From the NCBI RefSeq assembly GCF_001194135.2, contig NC_068997.1, positions 30,614,922 through 30,678,921 of the forward strand: a DNA stretch of 64,000 bases. The letters are read 5' to 3'. The position numbers and the translations under genes are program-made. The first letter of the stretch is position 1; each line of letters opens with the position of its first letter. This DNA is from Octopus bimaculoides. Lineage: Eukaryota. The notes beneath the pieces are model-generated. The model was not told the origin of the DNA. It ran no database searches and saw only the letters and a list, made by a program, of their open reading frames with translations. Shown piece by piece: positions 39,271-51,240 of this stretch.

Positions 39271-39379
39271 TATAGCAGGTTGATGCAGGTAGTTTATTCC
39301 ATCCCCGACCGACTGTTAGTGCATGTAACTGATAAAACCATATTATTCATGGGATGATCTAATAATAATCCTTTCTACT

Positions 39380-39590
39380 ATTGGCAGAAGGCTTGAAATT
39401 TTGAGGAAGTGGGGGAGCAGTCGATTTGATGCACCCTACCCTAGCGTTTCACTGGTAGTTAATTAATTGACTCGGAAAGGATGAAGGTCAAAATCGACCT
39501 CGACAGAATTTGAACTCAATGTAGCGGGCGAAATACCGCTAAGCATTTCGTCCAGCATGTTAACAATTCTGCTAGCTCGCTGCCTTAATG
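39380..39590 (-). mobile_element. SINE copy
   Basis: ggcagcgagctagcagaattgttaacatgctggacgaaatgcttagcggtatttcg..gaggtcgattttgacc. Confidence 0.75.
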
Positions 39591-39739
39591 ATGATAGTAA
39601 TAAAACATTATTATTCTCCCCTAGAAATCTGGAATATGTATACTCTCGTTTATTAATCCCTACAATAGTGATACGAGTAACATTGAAAGCCAATACCCTA
39701 AGAGTAGAGTTGAGGGAACGGCGTGAAACTATAGTATGC

Positions 39740-40200
39740 CCTCTAACAGAATAGTCTCCCACTCACATAGCAGGAATACTCTCTTCCCAAATAGGTCCAT
39801 TTTCAGTTTCAAATCTATGAATAAATGCCTTTTGCAAACTCATGGTATGGTTCGTAATACCCTTAACAATTCTATTAAGGACAATATTGGTTCCACAATT
39901 AATTTCAAGCAAAGATACTTAACACATCTAAACTACTACAAGGAAAGTAGCAAATCCACCTCTCTAGCTGAGCAGAAAGATGATGATACCGTACAGCTTA
40001 ACCGGTCCATCATAGACTCCAATCCTCCATACCAGGACCAGCATGCTCTATGTTGGTTAAGCCTGAAAGCAACCCTACAAATCTTACTGATTAACACTAC
40101 ACGGTTGCTAAATAAACAGCATAGAGCCTTCTCCATGTTTGCATACAAATTCTTTAGGTCCTTCTAGTTCTTCTACAGTTCTAAATGTAAAAAAGATAGT
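39740..40200 (+). mobile_element. Penelope-like element GIY-YIG endonuclease / C-terminal fragment
   Basis: NIGSTINFKQRYLTHL..TSLAE..SIIDSNPPYQ..CWLSLKATLQILL..LLNKQ follows the PLE pattern YIGST..FK.RY..H..TSLS..PY..C.LCL.EK..LLNKR. Confidence 0.7.
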
Positions 40201-41992
40201 ATTTTGGATCGCCATTAGCTTTTAGCCTAACCACACTACCTCTTTGGTCCATCCACAGTAGTTCTACTTCCTGTCCTTCCTTTGCAGGTCTTCACACCCA
40301 TAGTATATCTAGTATAATTTTCCTCGCAGTTGCCTCTCTTCTCATTTCTATGAGCTAAAATAGGAATTAATGATTCCCATGCATATAACCTTTCTTTTTT
40401 TCTAACTCTACTTACCTATCTACATATCAATAGATGTTAGCAGTTCCAATGCTGGAGAAATACTAAAAGAAGAATGAGTGTGGTATTCTATAGTGGGAAA
40501 GAGGCAGATAGAAGCTGGGTATTAGATATATACTAATCAGTAGGGTAAGGGGTTTTCTCATTCAGAGAAGTTAAGGGGTACAAAAGTAAAGACAAATAGA
40601 TAAGGGATGAAGAAAGACGAGAATTTACAGGAGAGACAACATTCAATTCCTATCGATAGTCTTATAAAGTATGTGTATTCTTGTTTATAACACCATACCT
40701 AGATACTGTATGAAATGAGTTCCCCATTGACAAGCTTCTGGTTTGGGTACTCCAGGCTTGTTATGGAAAGATTCCTTATTTGGGCACTTGAAGTCACAAA
40801 GCTGCTTTCTTGCAGTGGTTAACATTGCTATACAATTTACAGCAGACACAATGTTCAGTTACTGTTGGTGATGTTACAACTATTTTCATCCTTTATATTA
40901 CACACACACACAAATGTATAACGCATGTAAATTGAAGTTTTTCTTGCCACACTTTACCAAGGTACACTTACAAACACTTTTTTAAGAGAAATGTTAGTTA
41001 ACCAAATCAAGGGATGTCCAGACTTCACACATTCAATTAAACATCTAGCGAAAATAGAAACTGGTTCAACTAATATGAAAAATAGTAGTTTGGTTCTACC
41101 AATATTTAAAATTTTGAAGTGATACTTCAGTGCAAAGACAATTTAGTGCATCATGGTCATGTGTATATGAAATTCAGTTTAATTCTTTGTTTCAAAATTT
41201 CTGAACTTTGTAACTTTGTGAATTCGTGATAATGTTTTAGATTATTAACATTAACAACCATTGAATAAGTGGTGGCATTTTCAATTATTAACAGTCCCCA
41301 AACCATTTTTGCTATTTATACAAGTATGCCATTTCATTCTTGTTATTTTGTAAACCTAGGATGGTATATTTTTCTTTTTCGGGATTCCAGTTGGTTACAA
41401 ACATTTGCTAATTTTAAAATAAAAAACAAGCCCTATGGAGTGGAGTTTATCACAGAAAGCACACAAACACATCTTATTAAATGGATTTTGATATTAATCT
41501 CAAAATTGAAAAGATGTGGTAAATTGTTATGCATTGAATTGTCAGTGCTGAACTGTCATGTGAAGAATTGTCGGGTGCCATCGAAAATACTAGACTGGTC
41601 TAGTACTATAAACAGTTCACATCCCTACTAAAATGAAGACAATTACACTTGTCATAAATATAAAACATGAAAGGCTACTGTAAATATATGAAATATAGTT
41701 GCTATATCTACCAATAAGAGATAAAATAGACAGTTCTATCTACTGGAAAATAGTAGATGGTTCTACCAGTCTGAAGAATAATAGCTTGCTCTACCAGTGT
41801 AAAATTTGCAGCCTGTTGTACCAATGTGCAAGAATATATAAAAATATTCATAAACAGAACATACAACATTCCTTTTATGCAAATCCATTGATGAAATTCT
41901 CAAGAAACCATTTGTTACAATCTATGCGGAAAACTTGTCTATAAAATATAAAATTTATAAAGAATTACTGCTCTTCTCTTCTGAGAACTTAC

Positions 41993-42044
41993 CTTATATC
42001 CATATTTGTATCCTGAATGACCAGATGAAATAATATCCGCAAAT
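41993..42044 (-). CDS. Candidate exon W, copy B (52 nt, phase 2 to 0; FADIISSGHSGYKYGYK)
   Basis: ctgattttacAG acceptor, AAG|GTAAGT donor; 24 nt shorter than copy A, so in frame. Confidence 0.4.
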
Positions 42045-42233
42045 CTGTAAAATCAGTAAATGGGAAAATTCAAGATTGGTAAAGTGAATCTGACATAAGT
42101 CTAGAGTTTAAAATTTCAGCCTTTATCTTTTAACTGGGAGTGAAGAATAAAAGAAAAGTTGTGTTTTGGCATGAAATGGAATCAAGGAAATGGAAATAGC
42201 ATTAAAATTTTGAGAATTATATGGCAGCTGAAA

Positions 42234-42236
<3 letters not shown>

Positions 42237-42307
<71 letters not shown>
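42237..42307. repeat. (GA)n microsatellite
   Basis: Seen directly. Confidence 0.95.
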
Positions 42308-42309
<2 letters not shown>

Positions 42310-42523
42310 ATTGGGTCAGAGTAGTTGGGTGAGAGATAAACAAGGAGTAAGGAAACTAAGAAAATAAGACAAGAATTAGAAAGAGGAAATTTCTCAAAGA
42401 AAGGCAAATAGAAATATGCTGAAAATTGTAAGAGAGGCAAAAAAGATGGAGAAAACTATGTGACAGGGGCAAGTAACAAAGAATAGGAATCATACCTTAA
42501 AAATAGATCTATTCACAGATTTA

Positions 42524-43766
42524 TTAGGTTGTCTCACATGAAATATATTTTAAATAGGCTTCTTATGAGTCATCTACAAATGCATTTTTAATGAGTTTCT
42601 ATGTATATGCTTGTGTTTACTCTTAACTCTTTTTCTTTCTAGACAATACAATTATTCAAAATTGCTACCCACAGCTCTTATGACAATGTTGACAACTGAA
42701 CAACGCTGAGTGATTTTCTTGTATGAATACAAGTTGGGTCAGTCTGCCACCGAAGCTCTACAAAACATCAAGTAGGCTTTTGGTTATGATTCTGTTGACA
42801 TTAGAACTGTTCAGAGATGGTTCCAAAGATTTTGTTCAATAAATGGAAGCCTCAAAAATGAAGCAAGAGGGAGACTAAAATCAGTTATTCAGCATGATGA
42901 ATTGAATGCTTTGGTAAAACAAAATCCGAGACCAACTATCTGAAAAATCGGATCGGAGCTCCAGACATCTCCCACAACTACTTCTTGACACTTGAAGAAA
43001 ATTGGAGAAATCAAAAAGATGGATAGGTTTGTTCTCCTTCAATTTAATGAGGTTCAAGAAAACAGACACCTTACAGTGTATTGCATGTTGATTTCTCAGT
43101 TTGAAAGAGAACCATTTTTGTATTGACTCATTCCGTATGATGAGAAATGGATACTCTTTGATAACAGCAAGAGGACAGGATAGTGGTTAGGTACAGGGGA
43201 GTTACCAAAACACTACTGAAAACCACCACTACACCTTGAAAAGTTGATGGTCATTCTATGGTGGTCAACAAAGGGGGTTATTCATTTTTCATTTTTTCAA
43301 CAAGGAGAAACTATAACAACATCCTTTTGTTAGAAAATTTTATGCATGAAAAATTAAAAAAAGAAGCAACCCAAATTAGTGAATAGTGGTGGCCCAATTT
43401 TACTTCATGATAACATATGGCCTCATACTTCTCAAGCTGCAGTGCACAAGTTGCAGAGCCTGAATTATGAAACTTTGACACATCCTCCTTATTCTCCTGA
43501 TATCTCTCCTACTGATTATCACATATTTAAACACTTCAAACTTGCTATATGCAATAAAACATTCTTAAATAAATAAGAGATAATTGAAGCATTCCAACAA
43601 TTTATCAGTGTAAAAGATGACAAGTATATGTCTTAGAGGAACATTGGATGAAGTTCATAAATTAACAATGGTCATATTTTGATTAAATAAATGAATATTC
43701 TAAAACTTAAAAAACAATTTTAATGTTTCCTTTTTCAAATGCAACATTTCATGTGAGACAACCTCA
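42524..43766 (+). mobile_element. Full-length (1243 bp) inactive mariner (DD34D) with 21-bp TIRs and TA TSD
   Basis: TA-TTAGGTTGTCTCACATGAAAT ... ATTTCATGTGAGACAACCTCA-TA; transposase from 42680 with IFLYEYKLG, TVQRWFQRF, DEKWILFDN, LLHDN, HPPYSPDISPTDYHIF; stops and frameshifts. Confidence 0.95.
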
Positions 43767-43974
43767 TATAAATATTCACAACAGTCCCAATATAACATGG
43801 GTTATTATTAAATAAATATATCAAATAATATCCAAATATATTTAGTGTTTCTTTGCAATTATATCCAATGAGAGCTCAGCCATTTAAAATGAGAATCAAA
43901 GTGACCAGTTTTATTGTTTCTTTGCAATTCATCAAAATTCATAGAATCCATATGGCTATCATCGCATATAGGTG

Positions 43975-44310
43975 AAGATGTGTGGCTTAGTGGTTAGGGC
44001 ATTTGGCCCACAATCATAAGGTGTTCAGTCCAATATCTGGCAGTACATTGTGTGCTTGGGCAAGACACTTTATTTCATGTTGCTTCAGTCAAAGCAGCTG
44101 GCAAAAATGAGTTGTCCCCGCATTGCAAAGGGTCAGCCTTGTCACATTCAGTGTGTCACACTGAATCTTCGTGAGAATTGCAATAAGGGTACGTGTGTCT
44201 AAGGAATGCTCAGCCACTTGCAGTGTTAATTTCATGAGCATGCTGATCCGTTGATCAGATCAACTGGAACCCTCATCATTGTAACTGACAGGATACCAAT
44301 ATATGTATTG
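43975..44310 (+). mobile_element. tRNA-derived SINE, orthologous to 32095-32375
   Basis: TGGCTTAGTGG A box; same flanks as copy A. Confidence 0.8.
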
Positions 44311-46067
44311 CATATATTTATTTATTCCTAACCCATAGTGTAGAAATTATCCAGACATCAACCTTTTACTATTATACAAATCAGTTATGACTAGACACAT
44401 GCCTGTTTGCAGTTTAACAAATAACAAACATTTGATAAAAAATATAATGAAGTCAGTATATTAAGTTAATTGGAAAAGGAATAAGTCATCAATGCTTCAA
44501 GTATCAGCCCTTCTTTTTTAGGTAAAGAAGAGAGAAAATAAGGAAAATACTGTGTGTTATTTCAGGCTATGATGGTAACAGACACAGGAAGTGGGTCGAT
44601 GGTATATATGAATATTAGTAGAAGGCAGTGGAGAATTATTATTGTTGTTGTTGCTGTTGTTTTCCACAGCCATCCATGGACGAGGAGTTATACATCACAC
44701 AAATAGTTTAACAAACCACAAGGTATGAGCCAGAGATTCATCATGCCAGTTCTACCATGTCTCAGTTAATCCTAATTCTTTTCTTTCACTTTTCAACTTC
44801 CTCCTCAACAACTGATTAATTGTCCCTATGCAGGTAGTTTCTCCCACTGGGATTAAAAATTATTTCTGTTTTTCTCCAACTCCTTCCCTCATTTTCCATC
44901 CCTCCTCATGCACATTACACACATATTCACTACACGAATCTTACATGAATTTTACACTTAACCTCTCACACATACATACTGTCTAGGGACACACACCTGA
45001 CAACACATACCTGTCAACACACACCTTTTGCTTTTTATTCTTTCCTTATTTCTTTTTACTTGAGTTCCACATGGACATCACCAACCCATCTCCACTACTA
45101 GAAATCACATATCTACAACCATTTCCTGTATCCATTATCATTATGACTATCTGAAATATGACATGAATAATCCCCTTCTTAATTAATTTTCTCTCTTCTC
45201 TCTCTCTTGAAAGAAATAGTTTTTGCTTCAATCTTTATCTTTTTGATTTCCACTTGGTTTAATTCACTGACTTTATTTTATATTTCTCATATTTTTGTTT
45301 CTTTGAATTATTTTTGTTGAGGAACACAAAGACCAGGATTTCTCATAAATTGAATTTCATCCTTTAATTGTTGCTTACCCTCAACATCTTGGAAAGAAGA
45401 CAAAACTGGAATCTACAGAATTGTTAAGGAACAACAAACCTAGACATTTTGATTTTCACCTCAGACTGCCAAAACACATGGGTTTGATGAAAGCTTTTGA
45501 GACTTAATCGTATTTAATATTATATAAGAATTTACATCAATCTGTTCATTATATAGTAGCGAAAGAAATTAGTATAAAAAAATCTAACTTCTTTCACCAA
45601 TAAAAAAAAGACGTGTCTGATTTTTAAAATCAATGAAGCTGTAGTTGTGTTAAGACAGATAAGTGTACAGAAATGATGGATTGTTATCTTAAATGCCAAT
45701 CAAATTTTGCTTTTTTGAGCTCTCTGCTTTATTTTAATTCTTCTACTATTCAAAATACTATTCAAAATACTATTCAAAATAATGGGATCAGGTTTGAAAG
45801 TTGAGCAATTTACTGTATTTCCAACATATGAAAAAATGTTTTAAGGAAATTAACAATCAACTGATCATAAGAGTAATCTCCGTTTTTCGTTTCTTCTTTA
45901 TTCTTTTTCTTTTTTACATTGTCAACATCCCCAAAAGTTTTTGTTTAGTATTTACTGGGATAATCTCAACTGAACAAAGTTCTTAAATTCACTATACACC
46001 TTAGATGAAATCATAATATATATATACTCGTATATTATCAAATATAAGGACATATTTCTTGCATTAC

Positions 46068-46099
46068 ATTTTTGCAAATGCCGTGTCTATTTCAGGTTT
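46068..46099 (-). CDS. Candidate micro-exon X, copy B (32 nt, phase 0 to 2; KPEIDTAFAK)
   Basis: ctttcttttactttcAG acceptor, GTAATG donor; only phase 0 is open. Confidence 0.4.
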
Positions 46100-46659
46100 C
46101 TGAAAGTAAAAGAAAGAATAGTAAACGTTAGAAGGAATGATGGAGTTCAAACTTCTGACATTAATGAAACAATACATAGATTAAATTTTTACAACAAATT
46201 ATACAGAGAAACATAACTGAATACAAAGAGTACAAGTATAAGACATAAATGTAGTCTAGATTATCTGGTGGAGATAATCCAATAGCTATTAACAGGGATT
46301 CATGATTTCTTTTTTCCTTATTTATAGTTTTTAGTGTGGTACACTGGTTTTGATATGGCATTTGAATGGGTGAAATCGTCTGGATCAAAATAGTTCCACA
46401 TGATGATAGCAGTATTTTATTTAATTAATTTAAGCATTTGTGCAAGACTTGACAGAAAATTGCACCTCCATCCATGGTAAATATTTTACAACCAATATTC
46501 TAAACAACCTCTCTCACAGACAGCTAATTTTTGGAACTGGAACAAATAATTCCATAAGATTTCTGCATAATCCTCACAAGAACAGAGAGGTGATTCCATA
46601 TGTCATATTCATGAGAGAATATAGCTTAAAGAAATATGGCACATACAAAGCCAACGAAG

Positions 46660-47790
46660 CCCGTGTACGTTAGGCTCATGTGCTCCATATTACGTTCTGT
46701 TCCAGTGCATCTGGTACACATGGAGCTTCCTTTCTCCATTAGTCTGCCTCTGATTCCACTACACATTTTATGTCCATAGCTTACAAAGAGTACAACATAT
46801 AAATTTTGTATATCTCTTCCTTATCTGCATATTGGGCCAAGTCATTTCCATGAAGATAGCAGTGCTCCCATTTTCTCTCTTATTACTAAAATCTTAGGTT
46901 TTGTTAAGTTTGCTTAAGATATTAATTCTAGGTCATTAGCTTCCATGCCTAGAATTTGCTCTCTAATTCCACTATAGATTCAGCAATGCAAACTAAACCA
47001 TCGGTGTACATAAGTTTCAAGTGATTGACAGTCTTAAAGTCTTAAACTCCTCTGTGGTTTCCAATTGGACTATGATGAATAGAAGAGGATTGATGATTGA
47101 AACTTAACAGTAAATCCTTCACTGACTTTGCTGTTGCTTCTCATTTTACTTAGTGCTTCTATATATATACAACCTGTACAACACTCATAAGCAATTCATT
47201 GACACCTAGTTTCCTAAGTGACAACTAAATTACTGAATATGGTATCATTCAGAACAGCTCCGCCAACACAATAAATATCAGGAATACTAGTTTACTCTTA
47301 ACCGAGTATTTCTCCTGCAGTTGCCTCCCTAGAAAGATTGCATCCATCATACCTCTTCTAAGAATGGTGACAAATTTCATTACATCTATGTTTACTCTAT
47401 CATAGATCAATGGTGCTATGGCTCAATCTGAGACCTTCATAACCTGATCCAGCAGTTTGTTTCCTCTATAATTTCTGCCGCCCAAGGCATCTCCTTAGTT
47501 TTTGTAGCACTGTATGATGATACTGTTATTCCAGCCATTAGGTATGACACTTTCCTATATGACTTGACTGTCTCTTCTGGTCATAATTAAGTGTCTTTCT
47601 ACACTGGATATTTTGAGCTTATCTCTATAACTATTTCTCACTGAGCAACATTTCCTCCTCTTCAAGTCTTTACTTGCTTTGTCCCCCCATGACACTCTCA
47701 ACTTAAATTCCTGGTCCTTGTCTAGTGTCACTATGAAGCAGTTTCTCTTTATTCCATGCATTCCCCTCATTCAGCTGTCACTCATGAACT
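46660..47790 (-). mobile_element. RTE LINE RT region, decayed
   Basis: KLLDQVMKV, GMMDAIFLGRQLQEKY, RKLGVNELLMSVVQ. Confidence 0.8.
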
Positions 47791-48539
47791 CATTTCCAAG
47801 CCAGAAATATGTATATCAATTTTATCATCATCATCGTTTTCCTCATCGTAGTCGTCGTCATCATCATTATCTAATATCCAGGTCTCATGCTGTCATGGAT
47901 TGGATGCTTTGACAAGATTAGACTGTATCATACTCCAATATATGTATTCGCATTGTTTCTATGATTGGATTCCAATCCTAAAACCAAACAATTTAGCATG
48001 TACTGCATGCGGTTTGTGTACCACTGAGCATTAATGGGTCACCATATAGCCTGCAAGACAAAGTAAACCCAGAGGGATCGGGGGTTAGAGTATGAGAGGA
48101 GGGCAGGTAGGTTCTTGTAGAATAGATGAATGGTCATGCATATTTAGTAGGGAATAGAGAGAATGATCAGAAGGAGCTGTGAAGAAATAAATAGGAGATG
48201 AGGTGCCTGGGTGGCCCCACAAGTCCCAAGGTATGCATAAGTAGGTGAATGGAGATTGTATTTGATTGTAGGAGTAGAAAATGAAGGGAAGAGATGGCAA
48301 CCTGTAAAATAAGTTGGACTGAGTTAACTGATGTGTCATGAAATTAGGGAGATTGTGAAAGAGAGGAGATGGTGGGGCAGGTGATATTTGGCTGGGAGGA
48401 GAGATTGGTGTAATGCATGGTGAGACTTAGAGGGGACAGAGGGATTAATCAATGTAAGAGCGCATAAACACTTTAAGCAGTTTGGTACTTCTTTATACAC
48501 CTCTCCTTGTCCATACACATCCCATGACTTAAACCATTG

Positions 48540-48900
48540 CAGTTTCCTTTATTGAACATTAAATTGGATTCCTCTTCTGCCTAACTTTCCTATCAACACA
48601 TTTGCACTTTGTCATTCATGCACACAAATGCTGCATATTCACTGGAGTATTTCATTTCTCTCCAGTCATCACTTATCCTCTGCATGCAGAGCCTACATCT
48701 CACAACAATGTACCATAACTGTTTGTACACAAGCATCATGCAAATCATACAGTCTTATTTGCAGTCTTCAAGAGAGAATTTTTGTTTCCAGCATTGATAC
48801 TAGCTCTCCAAACTTTCTCCATCCAACTCTTATTGTAGCAACTATAATTTCAAAACATCCTCCTCTACTGCCAATTTGGTTTCCTAAGGAATATAAACAA
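48540..48900 (-). mobile_element. RTE LINE C-terminal fragment
   Basis: LGNQIGSRGGC..IRVGWRKFGEL..CVQTVMVHCCEM..LERNE. Confidence 0.7.
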
Positions 48901-49029
48901 TCTACAATCTGATATCCATGTGTCTTTAGTGTTTATCACTCCAGGGCATGTTCCAAATACAAAGACTACTTTCTCCCTTAACCTACTTGTGATTCTACTA
49001 AACATTTTATGTGTTTATTCTCTCCAGCG

Positions 49030-49465
49030 CCACCGTGAGTGATACATCATTTAAACGATGTGGAGAATATACGACCTCAACATTAGCTGCAAAATTCATT
49101 CAAGGCTACGACAACAGGCCATACGTCTCCTACCCAATTCAGGATCACAACAGATAAATACACTGCAACACAATTTCTTTTTTTCTCAACAGGCTCTGTC
49201 TTATTTAACATTGTCCTGAAACAGATGAAGGAGGAAAAGAATCCCATCACCTTTAAACGGAATCTGGACAAATTTCTTCAAGGAATACCAGAGAAGCTAC
49301 CTATACCTAAATACAATTCATTCAAAAAGAACTCCATACCCGAATGGACCATGGTACCACAAAACTTAACTTAGAAAGGATTTAGATAATCCTATCAGGT
49401 GGTGCCATTTAGACATGGCCAGGACCAATCTTTAGTTGAAATATATCTAAGTTATCTATAGATTG
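49030..49465 (+). mobile_element. CR1-like LINE 3' fragment
   Basis: Clearly similar to the reverse complement of 54925-55330 (EEKNPITFKRNLDKFLQGIP; gatttagataatcctatcaggtggtg tail). Confidence 0.85.
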
Positions 49466-49662
49466 CACTCCTCCTCCTCCTCCTCATTATCATCATCATC
49501 GTCTTAGTCATTTAACATCCACTTTCCATGTTGGCACAGTTTGGATGGAAAAATGGCTAACTTGGCTGAAGCAGCCAGTGTTCCTTCGCTCTATTTAGAC
49601 ATTAACTTCCCTGCATTGCCGCACAATGGAGGGAAGAGAGAAAACATCATATCACATTCACA

Positions 49663-49707
<45 letters not shown>

Positions 49708-49849
49708 TTGAACAGCGTCAACACACATATTAATAAAAAAACAATTATATACAAGACAATCAATTTAAAAACGAGAAAACCTGAAAACAAATCAACAAAT
49801 AATCGAAAAATGTTTAAGGCCCATATGGTCACATAAAAAATACATCACA

Positions 49850-50560
49850 AGGGACAAAATATTTGCCATAGTCAAAGTCAGGTTTTACTCAGAAGAGCAA
49901 ACCAAAGTCTTTCCTACAGAATCACTTTAGTCTGAAGAAATACTAATGATCTCTGTGTACTTAGGGTGTAGGGTCACAAAAATAAAAATCAAGTATGTGC
50001 CACCTGAAATTGAAGCACGATGGCTGGCGTCAACCATCTGCTACAATTTTGTAGATGTTACTAACATCTTGGAAATTGCTGTCCTAGATCAATGGAACTG
50101 AACAGGCCAGTCTTTCGAAATCTTGATTCAAGCAAATCAAGATACAGTTAAAAATATAGCAGATTTGATAAAACTGCCAGACGGTACCAAATTACATGTC
50201 GTAGTCGAAGACAGAAAATCACGCTGCCACCTCTATGGCAGCAAAAACCACTTAAAAGTTGGTTGCCCAAAATACAAGGAGCAACAGCAACAAAAACAAC
50301 AAGAAGAAAACAACAAAAAAAGAAAAAACAGCATTGCTACCCACACCGCCATATGCACAACTGCTAAATCATCTCTACCAAGAAATGAAAGAGCATCAGC
50401 AACTACCAAGCCAGCCCAACCAAATGACACCCCCATCAGTACCACTAAGAACAGAAACAACACCATCACCACTAACAACAACAACAATAACAACAACTAT
50501 AGAAGCACCAAACCAAGAAGAGAAAAACAAAAGGACTCATACCCCATCTAATAATCTAAT
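49850..50560 (+). mobile_element. Non-LTR retrotransposon ORF1-like fragment with zinc-knuckle remnant and Q/N/T-rich tail
   Basis: KIKYVPPEIEARWL..IKLPDGTKLHVVVEDRKSRCHLYGSKNHLKVGCP (decayed CX2CX4HX4C). Confidence 0.6.
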
Positions 50561-50764
50561 GGTATGACTTTTCTACTCCTCTGATGAGATTTTGTCCAAT
50601 ACAATGATTTCATAATTGTAATGTAATCTTTGGGCAAAATTGAAACAGTTGTAAGTGAATATGTTGGATTTTTACAGTTAATAAATTATATTAATGCTAC
50701 ATCTCCATTTTTGAATTTTACCTTGAATATATATATATAGAGAGAGAGATAGAGAGAGAGGCAT

Positions 50765-51210
50765 TTAAGACAGGATGCCTCTAGGAGCACATCTATGCTG
50801 ATGACCTTGCTCTAATTGCTGAGTCACTATCAGAACTAGAGGAAAAATCTCAGGTGTGGAAGCAAGGATTAGAATCGAAGGGCCTTAGAGTCAACCTAAC
50901 TAAAACCAAAGTCTTAATATGTAGGAAGGCAGACAAACCACAAATCCCTTCAGGTAGATGGCCTTGCTCGATCTGTAGAAAAGGCGTAGGTGGAGACTCT
51001 ATAAGATGTACCCAGTGCAAGCTATGGAAACATAAGTGCAGCAATATCAAAGGAAGAATAACTGGGAAGATAGAGATTATTATGAATGTATGCGGGAAGC
51101 CACTCGAATTGGTTGAGGACTTCCTGTATCTGGGAGCAAAGATTGGGAACACAGAAGGTGGTATAGTGGAGAGAAAAAGCAAAGCTTGGGCAGCAGTTTG
51201 AGAAGTCACT
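50765..51210 (+). mobile_element. RTE fragment, apparently chimeric at about 51068
   Basis: IYADDLALIAESLSELEEK..SGRWPCSICRKG..GRITGK, then IEIIMNVCGKPLELVEDFLYLGAKIG..RKSKAWAAV, which is unlike the same-family copies. Confidence 0.8.
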
Positions 51211-51240
51211 TTTATTTATGACATCGTTTGTGCGTTTGTA

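Larger units (their letters stand above)
41042..46655. repeat. Segmental duplication copy B (mariner inserted; truncated on the right by RTE)
   Basis: Collinear with 30840-35840. Confidence 0.92.

Noticed and set aside
46440-46673. 77-aa plus-strand ORF with an open homolog at about 11728-11895
   Set aside because: Frameshifted in copy A, ends in RTE sequence, no recognisable domain.
48060-48540. Possible L2/CR1 RT remnant (GATQ..HLLF, LNMHD)
   Set aside because: Too decayed to call by eye.
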